Program-made: the position numbers and the translations under genes
Shown here: in pieces, positions 51,001 to 61,322 of the stretch
How positions within the stretch are numbered: the stretch's first letter is position 1
How the letters are laid out: each line of letters begins with the position of its first letter
Assembly (NCBI GenBank): GCA_963422375.2
Contig: OY729428.2
Location: forward strand, 3,168,001-3,232,000
Length of the DNA stretch: 64,000 nt
Source of the DNA: Bryobacterales bacterium
GTDB lineage: Bacteria; Acidobacteriota; Terriglobia; Bryobacterales; UBA6623
Direction: 5' to 3'
The notes under the pieces: model-generated
Told to the model about the DNA's origin: nothing
Database searches by the model: none
What the model saw: only the letters and a program-made list of their open reading frames with translations

Positions 51001-52488
51001 ATGACCTCGCGATACAGTGCCTATGCTTCAATAGCGCCAGCGAACACCATGCGCCCGAGCCGATTCCCTGTTGTACTCTCCGCCGCTTTCGCGATGTTCA
51101 TGGCAGGTTGCGGCTCGACCCCGAATCGACCGCCCGCAACAGTGGGCGAGACGCCGACCGCAGCGCAGGCCGCTGACGGCAGCTACATCTCGTGGAAGGA
51201 GCACGTGATCGACGACCTCGAGACGGGCGGGGTTGCGATCGCGGGCAGCGACGGCCTCGAGATGGCCGACCTCGACCTGGACGGCCACGAGGACATCGTT
51301 TCGGTCCACGAGTCGGACACCGAGTACGACGGAGTGCCCGACGGGCACATTCGGCTGGCCTTCGGATCCGAGGACCCGGATCGCTGGGATCTGGTGACGC
51401 TCGCCCAAGGCGAGGAGGCCGGGGCAGCCGAGGACGTGTCCATCGCCGACGTCAACGGCGACGGCTTCCCCGACGTGGTTGCGGCGTGCGAGTTTGCACA
51501 CCTCATCTACTTCCAGAATCCGGGCCAAGACGCCCGAACCGCCGAGTGGGAGCGAATCATCCCTTCATCCGCTAGCGGCCGGGGCTCGTACATTCGCGTG
51601 TTCTTCGCCGACTTCAACGACGACGGGCGGCCCGAGGTGGTGGCTCCCAACAAGGGCTCCCAGTCCGGCGACCGCAACGAGACGACCCTGCGCGCGATCA
51701 GCTGGTTCGAGATCGCCGGCGACCCGCTCGACGACAAGTCGTGGAAGGAGCACGAGCTCACTCGCGTGGCCGTGCCGATCAACTCGCGCCCGGTCGACCT
51801 GGACCAAGACGGCGATACCGACATCCTGGCCTCGTCCCGGGCCGAGGCGAGGCTGTTCTGGTTCGAGAACCTCGGAGGGAAGGAGATCCGGTTCAAGGAA
51901 CATCGCGTCGAGGTCGCGGTGCCCGACGGGTACGGGGCCACCCGAATGACCGGATTCATGTTCGACTTCTTTGACTTCAACGGGGACGCGCGCCTCGACG
52001 TGCTGTTGGCGGAAGGCGGATCGAACGTCGTGTGGCTGGAACAGCCCGGCAGCCCGGACGGAACCTGGACGCTCCACAGGATCGGGTCGATGGCCCCGGA
52101 CTCGGCTACAGGCCTGACGATCACCGACATCAACGGCGACGGACGCGTGGACATCTTCTGCGGCAGCTACAGCCAGGGCCCGCGCGGCGCGGACGGCGCG
52201 GAAGTCACCAAGGACATGGCGCTGGGGCGGCTGGCATGGTTCGAGAATCCAGGCGACTCCGGCGGCGAGTGGGAGCGGCACGACATCTCCCGCCGGAAGC
52301 GGGGCATGTTCGACATGGCGATCGCCAAGGACCTAGACCGGGACGGCGATGTCGACTTCGTCGGCACGCGCGGCAACAGCGTGCCCTACGACGGCGTCTA
52401 CTGGCTGGAGCAAGCGCGCACGGAGGGGCCGCTGGCTTCGTTCTCACGCGCCCGCGCCAACGACAGCGAGGAGATGCCGCTGCCGTAG
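51001..52488 (+). CDS. FG-GAP/VCBS repeat lipoprotein
   Basis: Seven DxDxDG..D repeats; lipobox MAGC (alternative start 51049). Confidence 0.9.
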   Translation: MTSRYSAYASIAPANTMRPSRFPVVLSAAFAMFMAGCGSTPNRPPATVGETPTAAQAADGSYISWKEHVIDDLETGGVAIAGSDGLEMADLDLDGHEDIVSVHESDTEYDGVPDGHIRLAFGSEDPDRWDLVTLAQGEEAGAAEDVSIADVNGDGFPDVVAACEFAHLIYFQNPGQDARTAEWERIIPSSASGRGSYIRVFFADFNDDGRPEVVAPNKGSQSGDRNETTLRAISWFEIAGDPLDDKSWKEHELTRVAVPINSRPVDLDQDGDTDILASSRAEARLFWFENLGGKEIRFKEHRVEVAVPDGYGATRMTGFMFDFFDFNGDARLDVLLAEGGSNVVWLEQPGSPDGTWTLHRIGSMAPDSATGLTITDINGDGRVDIFCGSYSQGPRGADGAEVTKDMALGRLAWFENPGDSGGEWERHDISRRKRGMFDMAIAKDLDRDGDVDFVGTRGNSVPYDGVYWLEQARTEGPLASFSRARANDSEEMPLP

Positions 52489-52557
52489 CGGCCCGTCGGC
52501 ACGTCCGCGACGCGCCCCAAGCTCGCGCCGGGCTGGACCTGCGATAAGCTGTGCGCA

Positions 52558-54012
52558 ATGGCCAGCCGCTTGACAAGGCGGACGTTCGTGGGCGCTGCCA
52601 GCGCGGCCCTCTCCGCGCAGCAGGCAGCGGCCGACGAGTCGCGCCCGAATTTCCTGTGGATCTGCACTGACCAGCAACGCTGGGACACGATCCGGTCGCT
52701 GGGCAACGAGCATATCCGCACTCCTAATTTGGACCGCCTGGCGGCAAGCGGGGTCGCGTTCGAAAACGCCTATTGCCAGTCGCCGATCTGCACCCCCAGC
52801 CGGGCCGGCTTCCTCACCGGCATGTACCCGTCGTCCGTGCATGGCTGCATGAACGGCAACGACCGCTGGGACGACGCGGCGCCCCTGGTAACCAAGACGC
52901 TGGCCGACGCCGGCTACGACTGCGGGCTCGCCGGAAAGTTCCACCTGTCCGGAGCGCAGGGGCGCATCGAGCCGCGCGTCGACGACGGCTACCGAGTGTT
53001 CCACTGGAGCCACCACCCGCACGACGACTGGCCGGACGGACACGCCTACGTTCAGTGGCTCAAATCGAAGGGCCGGGACTACGCTTCGATCTACAAGAGG
53101 CTCGGGTACATTCCGAGCGAGTATCACCAAACCACCTGGTGCGCGGACCGGGCGATCGACTTCTTGCGCGAGAAGCGGTCGAAGCCGTGGCTGTTCAGTC
53201 TGAACTGCTTCGACCCGCACTCGCCCTTCGATCCGCCGCAGGAATGGTTGGACCATTACCCCGAGGCGGAAATGCCGGGCCCGCTGTTCCGCGAGTCGGA
53301 CCTGGCCGCGCAAGCGCGGTTGAAGGAGATCAACTTCCAGCGTGAGCCCCGCCGTCCCGAAGAGATGAACGCGAGGTCGTACCAGGCGAAGTACTACGCC
53401 ATGATCGAGCTGATCGACCACAACGTGGGACGCATGCTCGACGCGCTTGAGGAGACCGGCCAGCTTGACAAGACGGTCGTCATCTTCACCAGCGACCACG
53501 GCGAGACGCTCGGAGACCACGGCCTGCTGCTCAAGGGCTGCCGGTTCTACGAGAGCTTGGTGCATGTCCCGCTATTGATTTCGTGGCCAGGGCACTTAAG
53601 GGATGGCCTGCGCAGCCGCGCCCTCGTCGAGCTGACCGACCTAGCCCCGACGTTGCTCGAGCTTGCGGGGCTGGCCGTTCCCGCCTCGATGCACGGCAAG
53701 CCCTTGACTTCACTCCTGCGCGGCGAGTCCGGCACCGACCGTCACAGGGACTTCGTGCGCAGCGAGTACTACCGGGCGCTCGCGGGAGTGCAGAGCTTCG
53801 GCTCGATGGTGCGGAGCGAGCGGTTCAAGCAGGTCGTCTACCACGGCCACGGGCTGGGTGAGCTGTTCGATCTGGAAACGGACCCCGGCGAATTCGAGAA
53901 TCTCTGGGACGACCGACGCATGGCGCAGGTTCGCCACGAGCACATGGTGATGAATTTCGACGCGCTGGCGATGGCCACGGACGTCGGCCAGCCGCGCGTC
54001 ACGCGATTCTAG
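52558..54012 (+). CDS. Tat-exported sulfatase (choline sulfatase-like)
   Basis: TRRTF, TDQQR, CTPSRAGFLTG, GKFH, DPHSP and SDHG. Confidence 0.94.
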   Translation: MASRLTRRTFVGAASAALSAQQAAADESRPNFLWICTDQQRWDTIRSLGNEHIRTPNLDRLAASGVAFENAYCQSPICTPSRAGFLTGMYPSSVHGCMNGNDRWDDAAPLVTKTLADAGYDCGLAGKFHLSGAQGRIEPRVDDGYRVFHWSHHPHDDWPDGHAYVQWLKSKGRDYASIYKRLGYIPSEYHQTTWCADRAIDFLREKRSKPWLFSLNCFDPHSPFDPPQEWLDHYPEAEMPGPLFRESDLAAQARLKEINFQREPRRPEEMNARSYQAKYYAMIELIDHNVGRMLDALEETGQLDKTVVIFTSDHGETLGDHGLLLKGCRFYESLVHVPLLISWPGHLRDGLRSRALVELTDLAPTLLELAGLAVPASMHGKPLTSLLRGESGTDRHRDFVRSEYYRALAGVQSFGSMVRSERFKQVVYHGHGLGELFDLETDPGEFENLWDDRRMAQVRHEHMVMNFDALAMATDVGQPRVTRF

Positions 54013-54079
54013 GTCGCGACCGATCACTGCTGCCGCGGACTCGCCACGCTGAGCCCGGGGTTAGCCCCCTCCAGGGCTT

Positions 54080-55436
54080 CTAGCACTCAGCCTCGTCCAT
54101 CTGTTTCCTGTACGCCACTCGGAAGACCTCGTATAGTGCCTGGAAATCGCTGGCCGCCTCCGCCACATCCCCGTCCAGCTTGATTTCCGCGAACATGCGC
54201 GGCGGCGGCAGGACCTCCAAGACCGCCTCAAGGCCGGCGAAGAAGCGCTGGTGCCTGTCCACCCCGCGCACGGCCAGCATTCATTCCACCGATTGGGCCA
54301 TGCCGCCCTGCCGCGTCACGCTGGCGGCGTGATGGACGGGGTCGATCATCGCCCGCGACCCGCCTACCGGGTCGAGCGGGCCCGTCGCGACCCGCGTCCC
54401 GCTGTACCAGAGGCGGATCCGGCCGGCCTGCCTCTCCGAGAGCCAGCCGGTTACTTCGCGGTCAAGGTCCGCCCCCGCCCCCCGCGCCAGCCGCAGGGCC
54501 CCGTCGAAGGAGGACGCCGGGGCACGGAAGGCGTCCTACGCCAGCACCACGAACGATGTCGCCGGGTCCATGTCCGCGCCGGGCCCTAAGCGCGTCAGCT
54601 GCCGCAGCCGCCAGCGCTTGATGTCGCTGCCGCGCCACGTCCAAGGCGTTCTCGGGAGTCATCTCGTGCAGGCCCGGCTGCGCCGAGACCGGTCCCCTCT
54701 TCCGTCACCCACCCGGCTCGCCCAGGGGAGCGCGCGACGTGCCACGCTCCAAGGGCTCCTGCCGAGACCGGCGCGCCAACACAGGCCCGAAGCGGGCGAG
54801 ATAGAGATCCACCCCTTGGATCCCGGCCTCCTGGAAGTCCCGGACGCGCTCTCGCGCGGCCCCGGCCATCCGCGGCTCGACCTCCTCCCGGTAGCGCAGC
54901 TCGCGCACATCCGCTCCGCGTCGTGCCGGCCGCGGCGGGCACGACAAGAACACGGTGTTTTTCGCCGCCCTGTCGCTGATGTGCAGGCGGCCCTCGGCCT
55001 CCGTGCATACAGGCAGGTCGACGTGATGACGAAGCCCGCCTCGATTAGGCCCGCCGTCAGCGCATCCCACGCACCGCCGGCCTCATGCGCGAGCATGAGG
55101 GTCAAGGTGCCGAAGGGCTTGATCATCCGGAGGCACTCGGCGGAGATCGCCCATCCGCTCGCGGGATTCGCCGCGGCCTCCGTGTCCTTATCGGTGAGAC
55201 ACCGGCGCAACAGTTCCGGGAACACGTACCCCGCCGTCCGCTTGAGCCAGACCCAGATGAAGTCCGCGAGCTCGGCGAACATGACGTTGTCGTAATTGGG
55301 CGGATTCATGACCTCGGCAGCGACCGAGCCGTCGCCGAGGTGGTCGAGACTGCCGCCCGAGCTGAACGTGACGGTGACTCTCGGCGGCCCGGCGGTCGGC
55401 GAGGGGAACAGCGAGCCTTCGCCGCTGTCCGAGCGG
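54080..55436 (-). pseudogene. C-terminal part of a DUF1156 adenine-specific DNA methylase
   Basis: SLDHLGDGSV..VMNPPNYDNVMFAELADFIWVWLKRT (degenerate DPPY), LIEAGFVITS, GIQGVDLYLA.FGP and ALDVAR; many frameshifts. Confidence 0.85.
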
Positions 55437-56358
55437 CAGCGATTCTAATCCTGGCCGTCAAGGTGGTGCGTGAACGTTGTTGAGGGGGGTGAGATGAACA
55501 AGTCGATCAAGAGGCCGCCCTACTGAGACCACCCCGCGGGAGGGCCGGACGGCTGGCAGGGCTGTGGCGCGGCCCCGCAGCGGGTCCGCCTAGTGCCGAG
55601 CCCGCGGCTGGACGCACCCCGGCGGTAGCCGTCTGCCACCGCCGGCCGCTGTCGGCACGAAGCTGCGCGGAGTCCAGGCCCCGGCCGGGGCCGGCCGGCA
55701 GCCCGCGTTTGTCTCGCAGCGCCGCCAGCAGAGTCGGCCAGTCGGGGAAGCAGAACCAATGCAGCGCGACCTGCAGCTCCCGGAACAGGTCGCGGCGCGT
55801 GACCAGCTTGCGCCGGCCCTGCCGCCAGAGCGTGCAGACGCAGTGCAGCACTGCTTGGAGCGCGCAGGCGAACAGGTTCAGCACGTTGGCCGGCGCGTCC
55901 TTGCCGTGCCCGAAGTTGAGGCCGTACCACGCCAAGCAGTCAAAGCCCTCGTTCTCGATCTTCCAGCAAGCCCGCCCGGCCCGCGCGATCCCCTCCGTGT
56001 CCTCCGCGGTGACCGCGAGACTGGTGAAGAAGCAGTTGGCGTAGGTGCGCTTGCCGCCGCGCTCCACGGCGTACTCGATCCAGGTGCCCTGGAGGGCGTC
56101 GCGGCCCTTGCGCGGGGGCGCCGCGGCCGCCCATCGGAAGCGGTGCCGCTCGGACCGCTTGCCCTTCCCGGGCCGCGGCAGCCAGCCGGTCGAGCGCACC
56201 GCGCCGCTCGCCCGCCGGCTCTACAGCACTTCATGCAGGCGTTTGTCGGATCCGGGCTCGCATACATTCCAAGACCTGATTACCAACGAACGTCAGCCGA
56301 GGATATGCTATACTGAAGGAGGTCGGAAATCTCTGCTAGGAAAGGGGATAGCATCTGA

Positions 56359-57915
56359 GCCTTTTGCAAAAATCCCGAGCTCATAGCATTATCATTTAGT
56401 TAGTCTATTAAGTATTCGATATAATCAATGGAATAGAACTGTAGTAAATGTAGTTTTAATGGCTTGTCTGCGTTTTGAGTTTCCTGACAATCCCTTGCCC
56501 TCCGTGCTATTATTGTAATGCAAGCCTAGTAAACAGCTGGCAGGATTCAACGAATATGTCCTTGATAGAAACCGTATCCGCGTACTGGTTCACGTTCCAG
56601 CAGGGGCTGTTCCCCTGGCTCGAGCAGGAACTCGGCCCCTCGGCGAGCGCTACCGCAGCTTCGTCCAAGCGGTGGAACTGGCGCAGGTCGAGGACTGCCT
56701 GCCCGTCGGGCAGGGCGGCCGCGGCCGCCCCCTCGCAAGCCGCGCCGCCATGGCGCGCGCTTTCATCGCCAAGGCCGTCTTCGACCAGCCCGCTACGCGC
56801 TCGCCGGTCGAGCGCCTGCAGACCGATCACACCCTGCGCCGACTGTGCGGCTGGGACCTGGCCGGGGCCGTGCCCGGCGAGGCAACCTTCTCGCGCGCCT
56901 GCGCCGAGTTCGCCGCCGGCGAACTGCCCGGACGCTTGTACGAGGCGCTGCTCGCGCGGACGCTCGACGGCCGCTTGGCAGGGCACGTCTCCCGCGACTC
57001 GACCGCCATCGAGGGCCGCGAGCGGCCCGCCGGGAAGCCCGCGCCGGAACCCCAGCCGAAACGCAAGCGCGGGCGCCCTCGCAAGGGCGAGCAGCGGCCG
57101 CCCGCTCCGCGCCGACTGGCGCGGCAGCCCGACATGAATCTCGAAGCAATGCTGCACGACCTGCCGCAGGACTGCGATACCGGCACCAAGCGCAACGCCA
57201 AGGGCCGTACCGTCAGCTGGCGCGGCTACAAGCTGCATATCGACGCGATCGACGGCGGGATCCCGGTCAGCTGCCTGCTCACCGCGGCTTCGCTGCACGA
57301 CAGCCAGGCCGCGATCGGGCCGCGATCAGGCCGCGATCCCGCTGGCGACACGGACCGCGGGCCGCGTCGACAACCTGTACGACCGGATGGACAGCGCGCG
57401 CGACGCGGCCGGGATCCGGGCCTTCAGCAAGCGGCTCGGGCACGTGCCGCTCATCGATGTCAACCCGCGCGGCCGGACGGAGCTGAAGGCGGATCTGGCA
57501 CGGGAGGCCAAGGCGCTGCGCAGCGCCGGGCGGATCCCGCCAAGCTGCGCTACCGCGAGCGCTCGACGGTGGAGCGTGTCAACGGCCGCCTGAAGGACGA
57601 TTGCGGCGGGCGCCACGTGCGCGTCCGCGGCCGCGGCAAGGTGCCGTGCCACCTCCTGTTCGGCGTGCTCGCGCTGACGGTCGCGCAGCTCCTGCGCCTG
57701 GCGCTCCGAGAGCCCGGGCCGCCGGAACAGCCGGGCAGAGCGCCCGCCCGCAGGGCCGGGCCGGGAGAGCTGCGCCTGCACCGGGCCGATCCCCGCAGGA
57801 GCGCCCCGCAGCGGAGCAAGCCCAGCTGAAGGGAGTCTTTTTCGGCGAGAATAACAGCCCGGAAACTAGTCGTTCATGGGGCGGTCAGCCCTCTTTTCTG
57901 AATTTTGCAAAAGGC
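56359..57915 (+). mobile_element. IS5/IS1182-like insertion sequence
   Basis: Inverted ends GCCTTTTGCAAAA...TTTTGCAAAAGGC; direct repeat TCTGA at 56354-56358 and 57916-57920. Confidence 0.88.
56557..57829 (+). pseudogene. IS5/IS1182-like DDE transposase, frameshifted
   Basis: LRRLCGW, PGEATFSRA, SRDSTAIE, GYKLH, ASLHDSQ and YRERSTVERVN across frames. Confidence 0.85.
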
Positions 57916-57919
57916 TCTG

Positions 57920-58876
57920 ATGAAACGCAATCGCGTGCAATTCCAGAAGGGACTCAGCCCGGGCAAGTTCCTGCAGCGCTACGGCAGCGAGGGGCCATGC
58001 GAGCAGGCCGTCTTCAAGGCCCGCTGGCCGGACGGCTTCCGCTGCCCGGAGTGCGGCTCCCGCCGGCACTGCCGCATCCGCTCCCGCAAGCTCTGGCAGT
58101 GCCACGCCTGCCACCGCCGGACCTCCCTCGTCGCCGGCACGATCTTCGCCGCCACCAAGCTGCCGCTGACCGTCCGGTTCCTGGCGCTCCACCTGCTGAC
58201 GCAGGGCCAGCACGGCGTTTCGTCGCTGGAACTGGCGCGGCAGCTGGGGGTCAGCCGGAACACGGCCTGGAAGGTGAAGCACAAGCTCTTGCAAGTGATG
58301 CAGGAGCGCGACGAGCGCGTGCCGCTGGGCGGCGTCGTGCAGGTGGACGACGCCTACTGGGGCGGGGAGCGGAGCGGCGGCAAGCGCGGTCGCGGCGCGG
58401 CGGGCAAGACGCCGTTCGTCGCCGCCGTGCAGGTCACCCAGGTCAGCGCCGCCGGCCAGCCGGCAAGGATGCGCCTGAGCAGCGTGGCGGGCTTGCGCAA
58501 GAAGACGCTGGCAGCGTGGGCCGGGCGGCACTTGCAGCCCGGCACGGAGGTGCATGCCGACGGCCCGGCCTGCTTCCGGGGCGTGACCGGCGCCGGCTGC
58601 GAGCACGTGCCGACCGTCACCGGAGGCGGGCAGCGGAGCTGCGCGGATTCCCGCTTCGTCCGGGTCAGCACGATGCCGGCGAACGTCAAGCAGTCCCTGG
58701 CGGGAACCTGCCATGCGCTCGACGGCAAGCACCTGCCGCGGTACCTCGCCGAGTTCCGCTACCGCTTCAACCGCCGCTACGATCTGGCGGTGCTGGTCCC
58801 CCGCCTGCTTCACGCCTCCGTGCGCACCCCGCCCATGCCTTACCGCCTCCTAGCCTTGGCTGAGTCTTGTGGGTAA
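57920..58876 (+). CDS. IS1595-family transposase
   Basis: Zn ribbon CPEC...CHAC, GTIF..TKLPL, VQVDDAYWGG, HADG and YLAEFRYRFNRR; ORF open but possibly degenerate. Confidence 0.9.
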   Translation: MKRNRVQFQKGLSPGKFLQRYGSEGPCEQAVFKARWPDGFRCPECGSRRHCRIRSRKLWQCHACHRRTSLVAGTIFAATKLPLTVRFLALHLLTQGQHGVSSLELARQLGVSRNTAWKVKHKLLQVMQERDERVPLGGVVQVDDAYWGGERSGGKRGRGAAGKTPFVAAVQVTQVSAAGQPARMRLSSVAGLRKKTLAAWAGRHLQPGTEVHADGPACFRGVTGAGCEHVPTVTGGGQRSCADSRFVRVSTMPANVKQSLAGTCHALDGKHLPRYLAEFRYRFNRRYDLAVLVPRLLHASVRTPPMPYRLLALAESCG

Positions 58877-59606
58877 TCAGGTTCCAAGATGAAGTCCGTG
58901 CCGGCGGCCGCGGCGGCCTCGCAGACCGGCTGGCAGCAGTACCGGTCGTCGCCCGGCAGGACGGGGCGGCAGGCCTGCAGCCAAGTGCCGTGAGCGGCGA
59001 TCCGGCGCTTGGTGGCGTTGCGCTCGCAGTCCCGCTTGCGCTCGTCCTCGCTCATGTCGGCGCGGGTCGCGGCCGCGTCCTGCTGCGGGCACGCGAACTC
59101 GGGCATCAGCGGCAGGACCGTGGCGTGGCCGTCGGCCACCGCGGTGGCCGACGGCCATGGCGTGGAAGTGATGCGGTCGGCGCTCGCTGCCGACGCGCCG
59201 CACCGAGCACTGCGGGCAATGCACCGTGTCGGAGCGGTGGAACCGGACGCCGTCCAAGGCCACCAGCAGGCGCTCGTCGAGGCGCTGGAAGGGCCCGAGC
59301 GCGCCCTGCACGGCCACGGCTCGCAGGCACAGCCGGAACAGAGGGTCGAATGCGGCCGGGTCGAGGCCGTCGAGCAAGTTGCGGATCCGGTTGTCGCTGG
59401 GGATGCGGCCCACGCCGAACAGGGCCTGCGACCCGTGCGACGGTCGGGCAGGCCGGCAGCCGTCTCGAGGAAGGCGCTCAGCAACGAGTCCAAGACATGC
59501 GCCATACAAACTCACCGAGTGGGCGTGGCCGATCTCCTCCTCCGAGCCGCTCCAGCCGTCCGGCTCGAAGCGGGCGTGCGCCAGCGCGCGCACTTAGCCG
59601 GCCAGG

Positions 59607-59790
59607 GGCCCGCAGGCCCAGCGTGACGCTCGCGGCAAGGGAGTCGAGCAGGCTCCGCTGGACATCGCCGGCCTTCGCCAGGCGCACCTCCAGCAGCACA
59701 GGGCGCCGGTCCGCGTCGACGGCCACGGTGATGTACCGTACCCCTTGCGCCCGCCGACGGTGAACCGGTGCGTGAGCGAGGCCCACGCGG
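59607..59790 (-). pseudogene. TSCPD-domain fragment (class II RNR C-terminal-like)
   Basis: SLTHRFTVGGRKGY / ITVAVDADRRPVLLEVRLAKAG..SLLDSLAASVTLGL; frameshift at the GTACC duplication 59733-59742. Confidence 0.6.
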
Positions 59791-60211
59791 CGGACTCGCA
59801 GGCGCCCACAATCCGGTGCCTCCGCCCGCGGACCCGCCCCCCACCGCGTGCCCTCGAGCGCCCCCGGCCGCACGTTCCGCCCGCGGCACGCGGCGATGCC
59901 GAGAGCTATGGCGACCTCGATCGAGGACGCGCGGGGGACGCGTTCCGCCCGCCTCACGCCCGCTACCTTCCCTGCGCCGCGCGGCGGGCCCGGTCGGAGC
60001 GCTCCAGCAGCGCCCGCGCGATCGCGCAGGCCGGCGGCCGCGGCGGCTCGCGCTCGAGATCCGCGGCCGGGCACCCGCAGTCGCTGGAGCGCTCCCACAG
60101 CACCAAGGCGGAGCCCGCGCCCGCGCCGCCCAGCTCGGCCACGACGCCGCGATCGGCCGGGCCGCGGGGACGCGGCCGGCGTCACGAGAGTCGCCGGCGG
60201 GCGAGGCCTAG

Positions 60212-60450
60212 CACTACGTGCTGGACTTGTGGATCGCTCGGAAATGGCGCCGCAGGAAGCCCGGATGACATGATACTCGTGCGCTACGCGGACGACTTCG
60301 TGCTCGGGTTCGAGCAGCGCGGCGGCGCGGAGCGCTTCTTGCGGGCGGCGGACGGGGGGCTCGCCGGATTCGTGTTGGAACTGCACCCCGCCACGACGCG
60401 CTTGGCGGAGTTCGGCAGGAAAACCACGGCGGACCGGAAGGCTCGCGGCG
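60212..60450 (+). pseudogene. Group II intron reverse transcriptase fragment
   Basis: HYVLDLW, a frameshift, then ILVRYADDFVLGFE...LELHPATTRLAEFGR. Confidence 0.88.
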
Positions 60451-60454
60451 AGGG

Positions 60455-61322
60455 GTCGGCAACCACACCTACGTGCAGCTCGTCGAGATTTCCCGCGACG
60501 GCTCCAAGGTGCGCCGGAAGATCCTCGCCTCCCTCGGGCGACGCGACCGGCTCCGCGACGCCGGCGCACTCGACCGCTTGCTCGTGTCCGGGGCGCGCCT
60601 CTCGCGCCGCGTCGCGGTGCTGGCCGACCGCTCGACGGCGGCCGAGGGCCTCCCCTGCCGCGTGACCGGCCCCGGGCTCGTCTTCGAGCGCGTGCGGCAA
60701 CTCAGCGGCTGCAAAGGGGCCCTGCGCGCCGCCCTGCGCGGTCGCTGCTTCCGCTTCGATGCCGAGCGCGCCGTGTTCCTCGCGGTCCTGCACAGCCTGC
60801 TCACTCCGGGCTCGGACCGCAGCGCCATCGACTGGAAGGCCAGCCAAATCGTCGCAGGGGCCTCCGCGCTGGATTTCCAGCACCCGCACCGCGAGATGGC
60901 CTAGCTGGGCCGGTGCGAGAGTCCCGCCGCGGGGCGTTGGCGACCGAGCCCGCGCGCGCCGGCGAGGGGGCGGCGCACGCCCTGCGCTCCGTCAAGGACG
61001 AAGTGGAGGAGAGCCTGTACCTGCGTGGCCGGGACCCGTTCACCGAGACGGACCTCGTGTTCTTCGACACGACTTCGCATCACTTTCACGGCGGGCGGGC
61101 GGCGGGAACATCGCGGCGCGACCGCTCCGCACCGAAATCCGGCCCGGCAACACGGCGGACGTGACCGCACTGCTGCCGGTGGAGGACCGCCTGAGCCGGC
61201 ACGTCGGCATCGCTTCGGTGCGCTTGGCGGCGGACCGCGGCATGATCGGCCAGCGGGCCATGGAGACGCTCGAAGAGCGCGGCTGGGGCTACATTCCGGG
61301 CGTGCGGCCGCGCAGCTCCAAG
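60455..61322 (+). pseudogene. IS1634-family transposase fragment
   Basis: YVQLVE..RDG.KVRRKILASLGR, ERAVF..VLH..L.PGSDR, LVFFDTTS, PGNTADV and ADRGM; stops and frameshifts. Confidence 0.85.

Larger units (their letters stand above)
56275..58881 (+). mobile_element. IS1595-family insertion sequence, interrupted
   Basis: Inverted ends CCTGATTACC...GGTAATCAGG; 8-bp direct repeat TTCCAAGA at 56267-56274 and 58882-58889. Confidence 0.92.
55437..59606 (-). mobile_element. ISNCY-type (H-repeat/ISAs1-like) IS, degenerate and interrupted by IS1595
   Basis: N-terminal half 58890-59505 (LPDRRTG, IPSDNRIR, VALDG, HCPQC, DCE); C-terminal half about 55700-56266 (GRACWKIENE, NFGHGK). End CAGCGATTCTAATCCTGGCCG at 55437, with a partial complement CGGCCAGG at 59599-59606. 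Confidence 0.8.

Noticed and set aside
59700..59745. ISL3 transposase (YITVAVD)
   Set aside because: Flanking residues fit a TSCPD domain better, and there is no preceding IGIDE motif
60212..60450. Retron, DGR or other functional RT system
   Set aside because: Short frameshifted fragment with group II intron-like motifs; no msr/msd, template/variable repeats or accessory genes seen
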